From Rickettsia typhi (GTDB lineage: Bacteria > Pseudomonadota > Alphaproteobacteria > Rickettsiales > UBA1997), in contig CAMAXU010000005.1 of assembly GCA_945862455.1 (NCBI GenBank), positions 1-60,658 on the forward strand: 60,658 nt of DNA, given 5' to 3'. Of the stretch, positions 8,668 to 20,000 are shown piece by piece. The notes beneath the pieces were generated by a model. It made no database searches, was not told the DNA's origin, and worked only from the letters and a program-made list of their open reading frames with translations. Made by a program: the position numbers and the translations under genes. Position 1 is the first letter of the stretch; every line of letters starts with the position of its first letter.

Positions 8668-9264
8668 GTGACTCAAGCAAAATCAATAGTTAAAGAGCAA
8701 TTCGAAAAAAATAAAGCTGGCTGGGAAAAATCTTTTTTTTATGGCTTTTCTCAAGATGAAAATGGTGATGCCGTACCTTGGATGACTTATCCGGCAATTG
8801 AATTTTTGAAAAATAATTTAAATAAAAATCACGAAATTTTTGAATTTGGTTGCGGCGCTTCAACGCTATTTTTTTCAGGAATTGTCAAAAAAGTTGTCGG
8901 TCTTGAAACCAATAAAAGATGGCTTGGAATCACGCAAAAACTGCTTGCAGAAAAATCACGCAATAACGTTGTAATTACATTAATGATCGACGGTTTAGAA
9001 AATGATAATTACCAAAATTTTGCTAAAAATTGCGGTCAGAAATTTGATTTTATTATTATCGATTCCTTAAAAAGATTTGAATGCGCTAAAAATGTAATCG
9101 ATGCTCTAAAACCAAGCGGAATATTGATTTTAGATGATTCAGAACGAAAAAATTATAAAAAGATTTTCGATTTTTTTGCAGAAAATAATTTTCAAAAACG
9201 AGACTTTTTTGGAATTGCACCCGGTCAATTGCGAATAAAAAATACGACAATTTTTTTCAAATAG
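8668..9264 (+). CDS. Class I SAM-dependent methyltransferase-like protein
   Basis: PWMTYPAIEFL, FEFGCGAST, FDFIIID and ILDDSER motifs. Confidence 0.75.
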   Translation: MTQAKSIVKEQFEKNKAGWEKSFFYGFSQDENGDAVPWMTYPAIEFLKNNLNKNHEIFEFGCGASTLFFSGIVKKVVGLETNKRWLGITQKLLAEKSRNNVVITLMIDGLENDNYQNFAKNCGQKFDFIIIDSLKRFECAKNVIDALKPSGILILDDSERKNYKKIFDFFAENNFQKRDFFGIAPGQLRIKNTTIFFK

Positions 9265-9291
9265 TTATATATTGATCGCATTAGAATAGAA

Positions 9292-10407
9292 TTAAACCGT
9301 CACCAAATTATCAATATGCACCACTTCTTTTTTCGCTGATTTTCCGAGAATTTTTTTTACTTCATCCGATTTTTTTTTCAGAATTTTTTGCACATCTAAA
9401 GACGCGTAATTACTGATTCCACTCGCGATATGATTTCCAGAATCATCTTTAATAAAAATCGCATCTCCTTGTTTAAAATCACCGTTTACTGCAATCACTC
9501 CAATTGCTAAAAGACTAATTTTTTTATTACGCAAGGCTTCAACAGCGCAGGCATTTACAATCACCTCACCTTTCGCATTTAAAAAACCTGCCAGCCAATT
9601 TTTGCGTGATTTGGTAGAATTTTTCTTACTTCTAAAAATTGTAAAATCCTGTTTTCCTTCGACTAATTTTTTCAACGCATTATCTGAAGTTCCGTTAGTA
9701 ATCACAGTTTCACAACCCGAACTTGCCAACATTTTTGCTGCCATTATTTTTGTAATCATGCCTCCAGTTCCAACCAGAGAACCAGAGCCGCCCGCCATGC
9801 TTTCAATTTCTTTAGTAATATTTGCAACTTCAGAAATTAATTTGGCATCTTTTTCGGTTTTTGGATTTTTATCATAAAGACCATCAATATCAGAAAATAA
9901 AATCATCACATCTGCTGAAATCATCTGCGCCACGCGGGCTGCGAGACGATCATTATCACCAATTTTTATTTCATCAACCGCCACAGTATCATTTTCATTA
10001 ATGATCGGAATGATGTTATTTTTAAGCAAAGTATCGATCGTGTTTTTTGAATTTAAATAGCGCTCACGCGAGTTACAATCAGATGCAGTTAATAAAATTT
10101 GTGCCACATGTAAATTTAATTTGGCAAAAAAATCACGATAAAAACTCATCAATTGAATTTGCCCAATTGCTGCTGCCGCCTGTTTTTCTTCCAGCGATAA
10201 TTTTTTATTTGCAACCTTCAAAAACCCACGCCCTAAAGCAATCGCGCCCGATGAAACAATTGTGATTTGAAAATTTTCTTTCACCAAATCAGCAACATTT
10301 ATAGTAAAATTTTTTAACCATTTTTCCCGCAATTTTCCATCTTCAACCAAAAGCGAAGAGCCAATTTTTATCACCAATTTTTTTCTGTTTTCTAAATCTA
10401 AAATCAT
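9292..10407 (-). CDS. proB: Glutamate 5-kinase
   Basis: VIKIGSS, PIINENDTV, GDNDRLAA, GTGGMITK; C-terminal PUA domain. Confidence 0.96.
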   Translation of the reverse strand: MILDLENRKKLVIKIGSSLLVEDGKLREKWLKNFTINVADLVKENFQITIVSSGAIALGRGFLKVANKKLSLEEKQAAAAIGQIQLMSFYRDFFAKLNLHVAQILLTASDCNSRERYLNSKNTIDTLLKNNIIPIINENDTVAVDEIKIGDNDRLAARVAQMISADVMILFSDIDGLYDKNPKTEKDAKLISEVANITKEIESMAGGSGSLVGTGGMITKIMAAKMLASSGCETVITNGTSDNALKKLVEGKQDFTIFRSKKNSTKSRKNWLAGFLNAKGEVIVNACAVEALRNKKISLLAIGVIAVNGDFKQGDAIFIKDDSGNHIASGISNYASLDVQKILKKKSDEVKKILGKSAKKEVVHIDNLVTV

Positions 10408-11387
10408 TGCAAACCTCTTGCAGCGCGGGCTTTTTTAACTTCTTCTTTGTAAACATAATTTTCAATTAGCGGTAATGGGAAAGATTCAAAAGAGGTGAAA
10501 CCTTTCAAAATGTAAATCCCAACTGTCCGATTTGCTTGTTGTTGCACGCCCTCGCTAGTGATTATATCAGGAAAATCTTCACCAATAGAACGCATTTCAA
10601 CCATGTCAGGGAAAACGCCATTTTTGATTAAATAATTGCGCACGGTTTCTGCGCGTCGTAAAGCTAAATTGTCATTATAAAGTTCGAAACCAACGCGGTC
10701 GGCGTTGCCAACGAGCAAAATTCGATAATCGCCATTTAAAGTTTTTAGATATTTCAAAACTTCGAGTAAGTCTTTATTGGCTTTGTCGTTGAATTTAGAA
10801 ATATTGAAATCAAATAAAATTTCATAACGCTCAAAATGTGGTTCACGGATTTCAACTTTTGGCTGTTTGTCTTTTTTTAAATCGTCAATGTAATGTTCAA
10901 TTTCATCAAGAAGCTTGTTAAATCTGGTGCGACATTGCGCTAATTCGTCGGCGCGAAAAACCGCTTTTGATTCGCGGCTAATCCAGCAATCGTAAAGATA
11001 ATTCAAGTGCGACAGCTGGATTGGCAGATGAAATTTCATATGCGGCGTTTCAGTCACAGCTTCCATTCTTTTTTGCATCAAAATCATTTCTTCCATTTGC
11101 GCTGGATCAGCTTTCCAATTGAGTGGATTTTCCGGAACAACATATTCGCCATTAGCTACGCTTAAGGCTTTTTTAGAAAAATATTCGGCAGATTTTTTAT
11201 CTTTGACTGATTCAAGATTGCGAGCAAAAGCAAGATATTCCAAAGCGAGATAAGATTCATAACCGCCGCGAGTTTTAAGATTTCCTTCTTGCGAAGATAA
11301 TAATTCAATTGGAGTTGGTGTGTTGGCGCAAGAGGCTGCAAAAGAAAATGTAACTAGAAAAGTGGAAAGTTTTTTTAGAAAACTCAT
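10404..11387 (-). CDS. OmpA-family lipoprotein
   Basis: Lipobox AASC; YDCW motif; C-terminal GNADRVG...NLALRRA...NRTV. Confidence 0.8.
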   Translation of the reverse strand: MSFLKKLSTFLVTFSFAASCANTPTPIELLSSQEGNLKTRGGYESYLALEYLAFARNLESVKDKKSAEYFSKKALSVANGEYVVPENPLNWKADPAQMEEMILMQKRMEAVTETPHMKFHLPIQLSHLNYLYDCWISRESKAVFRADELAQCRTRFNKLLDEIEHYIDDLKKDKQPKVEIREPHFERYEILFDFNISKFNDKANKDLLEVLKYLKTLNGDYRILLVGNADRVGFELYNDNLALRRAETVRNYLIKNGVFPDMVEMRSIGEDFPDIITSEGVQQQANRTVGIYILKGFTSFESFPLPLIENYVYKEEVKKARAARGLQ

Positions 11388-11602
11388 TAAAAGAAATGGC
11401 TTTTGGTAATGATAAAAATTTTTCTACAGCGTGTAAAAACCAATTGATCTACTCGCCTTTTAGGCGAAGTAGAAACGTAATGGTTTTAATTTGTGGCAGT
11501 CAAGAATATACTCAAACTTAATTGAAGAAGTCGATTTTTAAAAACCTAAAACTTTATTGCAGATGCCCCGATTTAATCGGCGCGCAGCAATTCAAAATTA
11601 AC

Positions 11603-11628
11603 TCAAATTCGATGAAAGTCGAATTTGA
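11603..11628 (-). terminator. Hairpin just downstream of rho
   Basis: TCAAATTCGA-N6-TCGAATTTGA. Confidence 0.5.
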
Positions 11629-11637
11629 TTAAGCATA

Positions 11638-13257
11638 TTAACTATTCATCGACTTAAAAAATTCTTCATTAGTTTTAGTATGTTCAATTTTGTGTAGCAA
11701 GAATTCCATTGCTTCAATCGGGCTCATCGGGTTAACGATGCGGCGCAACATCCAGATTTTTGCAAGTGTCGCACGATCAAGTAGAAGCTCTTCTTTTCTG
11801 GTTCCTGATTTAGTAATATCAATTGCTGGGAAAATTCTTTTTTCAGAAATTTTACGATCCAAAATAATTTCTGAGTTGCCTGTTCCTTTAAATTCTTCGA
11901 AAATAACTTCGTCCATTCTAGAGCCAGTATCAACCAAGGCAGTTGCGATAATTGTAAGTGAACCGCCTTCTTCGATATTTCTTGCTGCACCGAAAAATCT
12001 TTTTGGTTTTTGCAAAGCGTTAGAATCAACACCACCCGTTAAAACTTTTCCTGAAGATGGAATTACGGTGTTGTAGGCACGAGCTAAACGCGTGATTGAA
12101 TCGAGCAAAATCACTACGTCTTTTTTAGATTCAACTAAGCGACGCGCTTTTTCGATAACCATTTCTGCAAGTTGTACGTGGCGCGTTGCTGGCTCGTCGA
12201 AAGTTGAACTAACAACTTCACCTTTAATAGTTCGAATCATGTCGGTAACTTCTTCCGGACGCTCATCAATTAGCAATACCAACAAAATAACTTCCGGATG
12301 ATTGTTGGTAATTGCATTGGCAATATTTTGCATCAAAGAAGTTTTACCAGTACGCGGAGGCGCGACAATCAAGGCGCGTTGACCTTTACCAAGTGGCGAA
12401 ACCATATCGATAATACGCGTGCTGATATCATTATTCATTGGCTTATCATCTTGCAAAATAAGTTTTTTGTTTGGATGAAGCGGCGTTAAATCATCAAATA
12501 AAACGCGGTTTCTGATTTTATCGGGAGAACCTAAATTCACTTCATTAACGCGAAGTAACGCGAAATATCTTTCACCTTTTTTCGGAGCGCGAATTTGACC
12601 TTTAATAGTGTCGCCAGTTCTTAAGCCGAATCTTTTAATTTGGCTTGGCGAAACATAAATATCGTCTGAACCAGGGAAATAATTGGTTTCAGGAGCTCTT
12701 AAGAATCCGAAGCCATCTTCTAAAACTTCCAAAACACCTTCGCCGATAATTACATTTTCAGAATTTTGATCAGAAAAATTTTTCAAGATATGATAGATAA
12801 TATCTTGTCTGCCGAAATCACCGATATTGTCCAAACCGTGATCTTTGGCTACGTCAATCAAACTTTCTGCTGATTTGGTTTTCAACGCTTTTAATTCTAG
12901 CGTTCTGCCGCCAGCAATCGCAACGCGTCGATTTCCACCATTTGAACCAGAAGAACCATCTTCATCATCATAATCTTCCGATATCGAAGAAGAAGTTACT
13001 GCTGCAGTTGGAACCGGAGCTGTGAATTGTTGAGTGCTAGCAGAGCTTTGGCTACCGCGACTAATTAAGTTTCCAGTATGTAAGCGCGGAGTATCAAAAC
13101 GATTTTGCACTTGTACGTTTCCTTCTTGAGCAGCTTTTGGAGTTAAATTTGAAGCTTGGTTTCCCGAAGAATTTTCCTGAGATTCCTGAGTTTGAGGAGT
13201 TTCGTTATTTTGACCTTGTGAAGCGCCGTAACGCAGAGTGAGTGTTGATGAAGACAT
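11638..13257 (-). CDS. rho: Transcription termination factor Rho with long N-terminal extension
   Basis: [24 protein letters not shown] and [12 protein letters not shown] motifs. Confidence 0.98.
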   Translation of the reverse strand: MSSSTLTLRYGASQGQNNETPQTQESQENSSGNQASNLTPKAAQEGNVQVQNRFDTPRLHTGNLISRGSQSSASTQQFTAPVPTAAVTSSSISEDYDDEDGSSGSNGGNRRVAIAGGRTLELKALKTKSAESLIDVAKDHGLDNIGDFGRQDIIYHILKNFSDQNSENVIIGEGVLEVLEDGFGFLRAPETNYFPGSDDIYVSPSQIKRFGLRTGDTIKGQIRAPKKGERYFALLRVNEVNLGSPDKIRNRVLFDDLTPLHPNKKLILQDDKPMNNDISTRIIDMVSPLGKGQRALIVAPPRTGKTSLMQNIANAITNNHPEVILLVLLIDERPEEVTDMIRTIKGEVVSSTFDEPATRHVQLAEMVIEKARRLVESKKDVVILLDSITRLARAYNTVIPSSGKVLTGGVDSNALQKPKRFFGAARNIEEGGSLTIIATALVDTGSRMDEVIFEEFKGTGNSEIILDRKISEKRIFPAIDITKSGTRKEELLLDRATLAKIWMLRRIVNPMSPIEAMEFLLHKIEHTKTNEEFFKSMNS

Positions 13258-13419
13258 TTAGAATTTAGTTTTGATTAGTAAAAAACTTTTGGGAAAAATT
13301 TTTAGAAACTTATAAGATGAGAGAGTTTAAAGAAACTTCTTGAACACAGATTTTGAACACCAAAAAAAGTAGAGATCGAGCTTTCTAAGAGTGCTTTTTT
13401 TCTAGTCAAGTAGATAAAA

Positions 13420-14034
13420 TTAATTCAGAAAGAAGTTCTTAATATAATACAATGCTTCAACTCCAAGCAGAACAGCAGTAGTTGAAATAGCAATGCCCAT
13501 TAAGCCGACAATAATTCCGCAAATCACTACCAAGCCGTCTTTTCCGAGTAGACCAAAAGAAATTATCAGAATTCCCAAGCCCGGAATAAAATTAGAAAGT
13601 GGCATTGGTAAAACGATGAAGGAAGAAAAAATCAAAGCAAAAACACCAATCACTCTTTCAGCGCGAGGAGTTGTTACAAAACTCAAACGTGGACGCAAAA
13701 TATGTTCAACTTTGCGGATATAAGGCGCAGATTTTTGCACCAACATTGCAACTACTGATCTTTTTACGCTAATTTTTTCAAATCTTTTCGGCAATTTCGG
13801 CGCAGTATAACCAGCAATCATTTGTAATGAAAAAACAATCAGCGGCATTGCAATAATACTTGGGAAGGGAGGCGGCAGCGGAATGATGATGCCGAAAGCG
13901 AAAATCATCATTGCCAGACCAAAACCAATTGCCTGCATTGCATCAACTAGATCGCGAACTGGAATGCGGTCAGCTGAAGATTTATTAACTACATCTTCAA
14001 TTGCTTGGGTTGTGATTATTTTATTTTGAGTCAC
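13420..14034 (-). CDS. exoD: ExoD-family membrane protein
   Basis: IPLPPP, LRPRL and LPMPLSNFIPG...KDG motifs; GTG start. Confidence 0.85.
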   Translation of the reverse strand: MTQNKIITTQAIEDVVNKSSADRIPVRDLVDAMQAIGFGLAMMIFAFGIIIPLPPPFPSIIAMPLIVFSLQMIAGYTAPKLPKRFEKISVKRSVVAMLVQKSAPYIRKVEHILRPRLSFVTTPRAERVIGVFALIFSSFIVLPMPLSNFIPGLGILIISFGLLGKDGLVVICGIIVGLMGIAISTTAVLLGVEALYYIKNFFLN

Positions 14035-14238
14035 TTAAGAATTTTTCTCGTCAGATTTTTTTTCAGAAACTATTTTTTCAACATTTTGCTCTGCTAATTT
14101 TTCTTCTTCTTTTAAACCTTTTTTCAGACTTTTAACACCTTTGCCAATGTCGCCCATAACTTGCGGCAATTTTCCAGCTCCAAAAAGCACAAATACAATT
14201 ACTAAAATCAGTAATAATTCTCCCATTCCTAGTGACAT
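14035..14238 (-). CDS. tatA: Twin-arginine translocase TatA
   Basis: ELLLILVIVFVLFGAGKLP...GKGVKSLKKGL. Confidence 0.93.
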   Translation of the reverse strand: MSLGMGELLLILVIVFVLFGAGKLPQVMGDIGKGVKSLKKGLKEEEKLAEQNVEKIVSEKKSDEKNS

Positions 14239-14242
14239 AAAT

Positions 14243-15187
14243 TTAAGATTTTAGATTTAATTTTTTCGACAATTCTTCCCATTCTCTGCCGCTTAAGCCG
14301 CTATTTTCTGGAGTTACTTTTTCGCCATTTAGCATTTTTTTAATAACTTCAATTGCCGGTCCGGAAAGATTTTCGCCATCTTTATGATGTTTAACAAAAG
14401 CTTCAAAACAATGAGGAACCCATTTTTTTACCATTTCTAGCATTACTTGCGCATAAACACGAATTTCATATTGAGCGTGAGAATCAGCACGTAAATTGAG
14501 AAAATGCAAAAGATTGTGTAAATCGATTTTCCAATACCATTGCGTGTAGCAGCTTAAAGGCAAATTCATGCGTGCTAGTTCGCGAGCCAAACCTTCCTTA
14601 TTTTCGTCAACAATATTTCCAGCTTCATCCTGATTAATCATTTCAAGATAGTGATCGTAAGATTTTACCGAATCATTTTTTAAAATTTCCAAAACACGCT
14701 TTGATTCTGCGGAGTTTAAAACTTTGGTTTCATCGCGACCTTGATGATTTATTTTTGATTGCGCTGAAAGATTTTCAGCTTTTGGAACATAAAATTCATC
14801 TTCAACAATTGAATAGCGCGCAGAATATTCATTTACTGAAGCTGTGCGATGGCGAATCCATTGGCGCGCCACAAAAATTGGCAGCTTAATGTGAAACTTA
14901 ATTTCACACATTTCCAGTGGAGTTGTGTGGCGATGCGCGATTAAATAATTAATCAAACCTTTATCAGCATTTACTTTTTTAGTACCTTGACCGTAGGAAA
15001 CACGAGCCGCCTGAACAACGGAAGAATCATTTCCCATATAATCAACAACGCGAACGAAACCGTGATCTAAAACTTCAAAAGGTTTATATAAAATTTCTTC
15101 AAGCTCAGAAGAAACTGGTCGCAAAGTTTGATTTGACTGGGTGCGCAAGAAATTGATTTCTTCTAGCTGTTCTTTTTTGATGACCAT
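14243..15187 (-). CDS. thyX: FAD-dependent thymidylate synthase
   Basis: [18 protein letters not shown] motif; start revised to 15187. Confidence 0.96.
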   Translation of the reverse strand: MVIKKEQLEEINFLRTQSNQTLRPVSSELEEILYKPFEVLDHGFVRVVDYMGNDSSVVQAARVSYGQGTKKVNADKGLINYLIAHRHTTPLEMCEIKFHIKLPIFVARQWIRHRTASVNEYSARYSIVEDEFYVPKAENLSAQSKINHQGRDETKVLNSAESKRVLEILKNDSVKSYDHYLEMINQDEAGNIVDENKEGLARELARMNLPLSCYTQWYWKIDLHNLLHFLNLRADSHAQYEIRVYAQVMLEMVKKWVPHCFEAFVKHHKDGENLSGPAIEVIKKMLNGEKVTPENSGLSGREWEELSKKLNLKS

Positions 15188-15317
15188 TTTTCTGAGGGGA
15201 ATTTTTGATATTTGATTTATTATAAAAAAGTAAATTACCATTTATCAATTATCAATTAGGAATTAAATCTCATTTGTTTCAATTCGAATAATTCGGACTC
15301 CTGCAAAAACATCATTC

Positions 15318-16973
15318 ATGACGATCGAAATCATAAAAACACAACTCCAATCCATTCCTGAAACGCCCGGTGTTTACAAATTTTTCGACAACAAAGAACA
15401 GGTTCTTTACGTTGGCAAAGCCAAAAATCTGCTTAAAAGAATTTCGAGCTATACCAAAAAAAATCTGCTTTCCGCTCGCATTGCGCGCATGGTTTATCTG
15501 GCGCAAAAAGTTGAATTTATTCAAACAGAAAGTGAAGTTGAAGCTCTTCTTCTCGAACATAATTTAATTAAAAACCTGCTACCACGTTTTAATATTTTAT
15601 TGCGCGATGATAAAACTTTTCCCCAAATTTTAATAACAGATCACGACTTTCCTCAAATCAGCAAATATCGCGGTCAAAAAACCACCAAAGGTCAATATTT
15701 TGGACCTTACGCTTCTGGACTTGATGTTAATCACGCCATTGATGTTTTGCGTAAAATTTTTCAATTGCGCAATTGCACCGATTCTGAGTTTAAATCGCGC
15801 AAAAAACCATGTTTAGAATATCAAATCAAAAGATGTTCTGCGCCTTGTGTAGACATGATTTCAAAAGATGAATATAAAATTTCTGTCACCAACGCCAACG
15901 CATTTTTAAGCGGAAAATCTTCCGATTTACAAAAAGAATTAAATAAAAGAATGGTGCGTTTAAGTGAGCAGCAAAATTATGAAAAAGCTGGATTTGTGCG
16001 CGACCAGATTAAGTCGCTAAATGCAATTCAGGCCAAACAAAATATTAATGTCCGCGAAGTTAATGATGCTGATATTCTTACTGTTGCCAACATTAACGGC
16101 ATGATTTGCGCTTATGTGGCTTTTTTTCGCGCCGGACAAAGTTTGGGCGGCAAACCTTATTTTTATGAAATTGATAGTGATAAAAAATCAGAAGAATTTT
16201 TAAGCGAATTTTTAGGACAATTTTATTTATCCCAAACGCCGGCAAGCACTATTTTACTTGGTTTAGATTTGCCGGAGAAAAATTTAATGGAAGAATTTTT
16301 ACAAAAAATTTGTGGTCGCAAAATTGAAATAATAAATCCAAAACGCGGCGCTAAATTTACGCTGGTTAAAGAACAAGAACGCTTGGCTTTACAAAATCTG
16401 GAACAAAAAATTTCACAAAATTTAAGCACCAAAGAATTGCTTCTTGATGTAAAAAAGATTTTTGATTTACCAAAAATGCCGCAAAGAATTGAAGTTTATG
16501 ATAATAGTCATACTGGCGGAACTAACGCGGTTGGAGCTTTAATAGCAGCGGGAGTGGATGGATTTATAAAAAGCGGTTATCGAAAATTTAACATTCGTTT
16601 TGAAGATATTAATCACGATCAACCTAAACGTGACGATACTGCAATGTTGCGCGAAGTTTTAACGCGGCGTTTTTCTAAATTACATGCGGAAGAATATCCT
16701 GATTTTATTATAATCGATGGCGGCAAAGGTCAATTGCGCGCAGCGCAGGAAGTTTTTGACGAATTAAAAGTGAAAATTCCTTTTATCTGCATGTCCAAAG
16801 GCGAAAACCGCAATGCCGGAGAAGAGTTTTTTCATCAAACTAAAAAAGAATCTTTTACTTTACCAAAACATGCACCAGTAATGCATTACTTACAACGCTT
16901 GCGTGATGAAGCACATCGTTTTGCAATCATGATTCATAGAAAAAAAAGAGATAAAGCAGCTTTGGTTAATTAA
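15318..16973 (+). CDS. uvrC: Excinuclease ABC subunit C, lacking the C-terminal HhH domain
   Basis: GIY-YIG (PGVY...YVGKAK), Cys cluster, DGGKGQ, RDEAHRFA. Confidence 0.95.
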   Translation: MTIEIIKTQLQSIPETPGVYKFFDNKEQVLYVGKAKNLLKRISSYTKKNLLSARIARMVYLAQKVEFIQTESEVEALLLEHNLIKNLLPRFNILLRDDKTFPQILITDHDFPQISKYRGQKTTKGQYFGPYASGLDVNHAIDVLRKIFQLRNCTDSEFKSRKKPCLEYQIKRCSAPCVDMISKDEYKISVTNANAFLSGKSSDLQKELNKRMVRLSEQQNYEKAGFVRDQIKSLNAIQAKQNINVREVNDADILTVANINGMICAYVAFFRAGQSLGGKPYFYEIDSDKKSEEFLSEFLGQFYLSQTPASTILLGLDLPEKNLMEEFLQKICGRKIEIINPKRGAKFTLVKEQERLALQNLEQKISQNLSTKELLLDVKKIFDLPKMPQRIEVYDNSHTGGTNAVGALIAAGVDGFIKSGYRKFNIRFEDINHDQPKRDDTAMLREVLTRRFSKLHAEEYPDFIIIDGGKGQLRAAQEVFDELKVKIPFICMSKGENRNAGEEFFHQTKKESFTLPKHAPVMHYLQRLRDEAHRFAIMIHRKKRDKAALVN

Positions 16974-17022
16974 ATTCTGTACCAAAACTTTCTTCCTTCA
17001 AAAAGCTCGAGTAAATTTTTCC

Positions 17023-20000
17023 TTATAATTTAATAGGCTTTGGCGCTGGTTTTTTCGGTGGAGAAGTTGGAGCTTTTTCTCTTTTGTTAGCCTCACTTGC
17101 TTTGGTAGTCGCATCTGCAACACTAACTCTAGCTTTTCCTCCAGATGCAGCTTTACCACCAGCTGGTGGAGATGATGGTGTTGCGCCTGCTTTTTTATTT
17201 GAAGTAAGAGGGGTTGGTTTAGACTGAGTTGCCAATGTTTTGTTTGTTGTAGGTCCTTTAGCAGCAGAAGTATTTCCTACTTTAGTGCCAGCACCCGCAC
17301 TCGCAGCAGCTTTATCTTTTGAAAGCGTTCCCATTTTATCTTCACCAATATTGTGAGAACCAACACCGCGTTTTTCAAATTTATCTTTATGAACTTCATT
17401 AGTTTCAGCATTTCTGCTTCTTGAAGCTGAGGTAGAACCGCCACCAAATTCTCTTTTTGGTGCTGCTTCTTTTTTCTCAGACGCTGCCAAAGAAGGTGGT
17501 GGAGGTGGAGGCGTAGAACTACTTCCACCTTCAACTTCCAACTTTACTGACTCTGCTTTCTTGGCCCCACCGCTCTCTCCAGGATTATGTGCTTTAACCC
17601 CAAATTTTTCTGCAGTTGCTTCATTTCTACTTCTAGAAGATGCAGTAGAACCCATATAGCTTGGCTGTGTATTCTCCGTAGGCAGAGGCGGAGCCTCATC
17701 CGTAGAATCTTTATCTGTTAGAGCATTATCGACAGATCTATTCGTAGTTCCTCCAGAATCTTCACCTGAATTTTTTGTTCCGACATCATCTTCACCTGCA
17801 CCTTCAGATCGCTCTTTTTCATCTTTTCGCTTCTCTTCTGGAACTTTATTTGCATTATCCTTATCTGAATTTTCCTCACCTAAACGATCAACCTGCGTCG
17901 GCTGGGAATCTCTTGGAGTATGATCAGATCCATTTTCGGTAGATTCTTGTAGAGTTGGCTGATGATCACTATCACTAGCTTTATCTGGAACAGTAGTAGC
18001 TTTTGATTTTTCTGTTCCGACATTACCCGCACCATCACCTTCAGATCTCTTTTGTTCATACTTTTGTTTCTTTTCTAGAGTTTCATTTACATTATCCTGA
18101 CCTGAATTTTCCTCACCTAAGCGATCATTCGGTTGCTGAGAATCTCTTCGAGTATGATCAGATCCATTTTCGGTAGATCCTTGCAGAGTTGGCTGAACTT
18201 CTTTTTTCTCAGGCACTGCCGAAGAAGGTGATGGCGGTGAAGATGAAACTGGAGCTGGAACTGGCTCTGCTGCTGGCAGTGTTGAATTCATTGAAGTTAA
18301 AGTAGATGCAGAACTATCGTCCTCAACTTTTTGCTCTTTATTTGCAGCTGGCGGTGTTAGCTCAGAACCACTTCCGACTTTAACTTCTTCCTGTGTTTTT
18401 TCACCCACTGAAGCAGATGGCGGAGGAGAAGGAGGTGGTGGTGGCGGTGGTGGTGAAGCCACATCCGTAGTAACTTTATCTGTTGAAGCATTATCACCAG
18501 TAGATTTATTCGCACTTCCCCCAGAATCTTTACCTGATTTTTCTGTTCCGACATTATCTGCACCATCACCTTCAGAGTACTTTTGTTTCTTTTCTAGAGT
18601 TTCACTTACATTATCCTGACCTGAATTTTCCTCACCTAAACGATCATTCGGTTGCTGAGAATCTCTTCGAGTATGATCAGATCCATTTTCGGTAGATCCT
18701 TGCAGAGTTGGCTGATGATCACTACTACTAGCTTTATCTGGAACAGTAGTAGCTTTGCCTTTATTTCCCATTAAACCAATCATGCTTTTTGCCTGACCTC
18801 CTGCCCGCATGACACCCTTAAATCCTGACTTGGCTACGCGCATACCTCGCTCTTGAATTCCACGCAAAGTTCCGTAAGCATTTTTGGCCATACCAGAAGC
18901 GGAAGCATCCCAGTCGCTGTTGAGTTCTGCCCCTCCCACCAATTTTGAGGCAAAACCGGTTATTTGATCCATGAATTTCATGAAAATAAACATGATCAGC
19001 GCGGCTTTTATAATGCTTTGCAATTTTTCTTGATTCATCGAACCAAGCATCGGCAAACCTACTCCCAAAACTTCCAAACCAGGGAAAGTTTTGATATCAG
19101 GGATTTTGAAAATACAAATGATGCTGGTATTTTTCGCCGCGTCATTACAAATCATTTGTTTCGGATTTTGCTTTCCATCACCGGTAAATCTTACATCATC
19201 GCCAATAATTACCTTGTCAAAAAGCGTTATTAAAATTCCGAGATAAGCAAAAAGAATCATCGGCTGTAAAGTGAAGCCTAGCATTTGTTTCCACCAGCCA
19301 TCAAAAATATTTTTGGTTTTGTTAAATAAAGCCGCAGTTATAGCAATTGGAGAAACATACATCAGGATAATTATCGAAGTAATCGAGAGTAGAAAAATAT
19401 GAAGAGCGCGAATAGTTAACGATATCATAAAAAAGGCCAGAGCAAAAGAGGCGACAACAAAAACAATTCCAAATCCGCCAGTTAAAAGTCCCCCCAAAAT
19501 CATGAATATCAGGTTAGGAACTGAAACCTCCGGACCAAATCCTAAAGCGCGGGCGATTTTACAATCAAGCGTATCCCAAATTCTTAAATATTCACTGCCC
19601 GGTGGATAAGATGCATTTTGACTATATTTAGTACTTTCATTTTGATCGGCATAATTAAATCGTGGGAACTGGCAGCCATCAAGAGTGTTTGAAGTGCCAC
19701 TCTCATCAACCCTAAACATAATATCCGACAGTAAAGTAGAAGTTCCAAGTACGCCTTTCATAAAACCATATTGCCAACCATCTCCCACGGCAAAATACAT
19801 CACTAAACCGATTTTTAGAATATAAGGTAATAATTGTTTTTTAGTGATTGCGCTACCACCACCGTGAAGAATCATATAACCAAAAAACATAATCGACATC
19901 GTCAAAGTCAGTTTGATTATAGATTGCAGGTTTGATTGAACTTTTAAGAAAAATGACTGAGTTTTTAAACCATATCCACGCTGATAAGCATAACCACTTG

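Noticed and set aside
8443-8676. Small ORFs upstream of the methyltransferase
   Set aside because: AT-rich, overlapping on both strands, no motif support
13341-13360. LexA box upstream of rho
   Set aside because: The GAAC repeats are 9 nt apart, not the alphaproteobacterial 7
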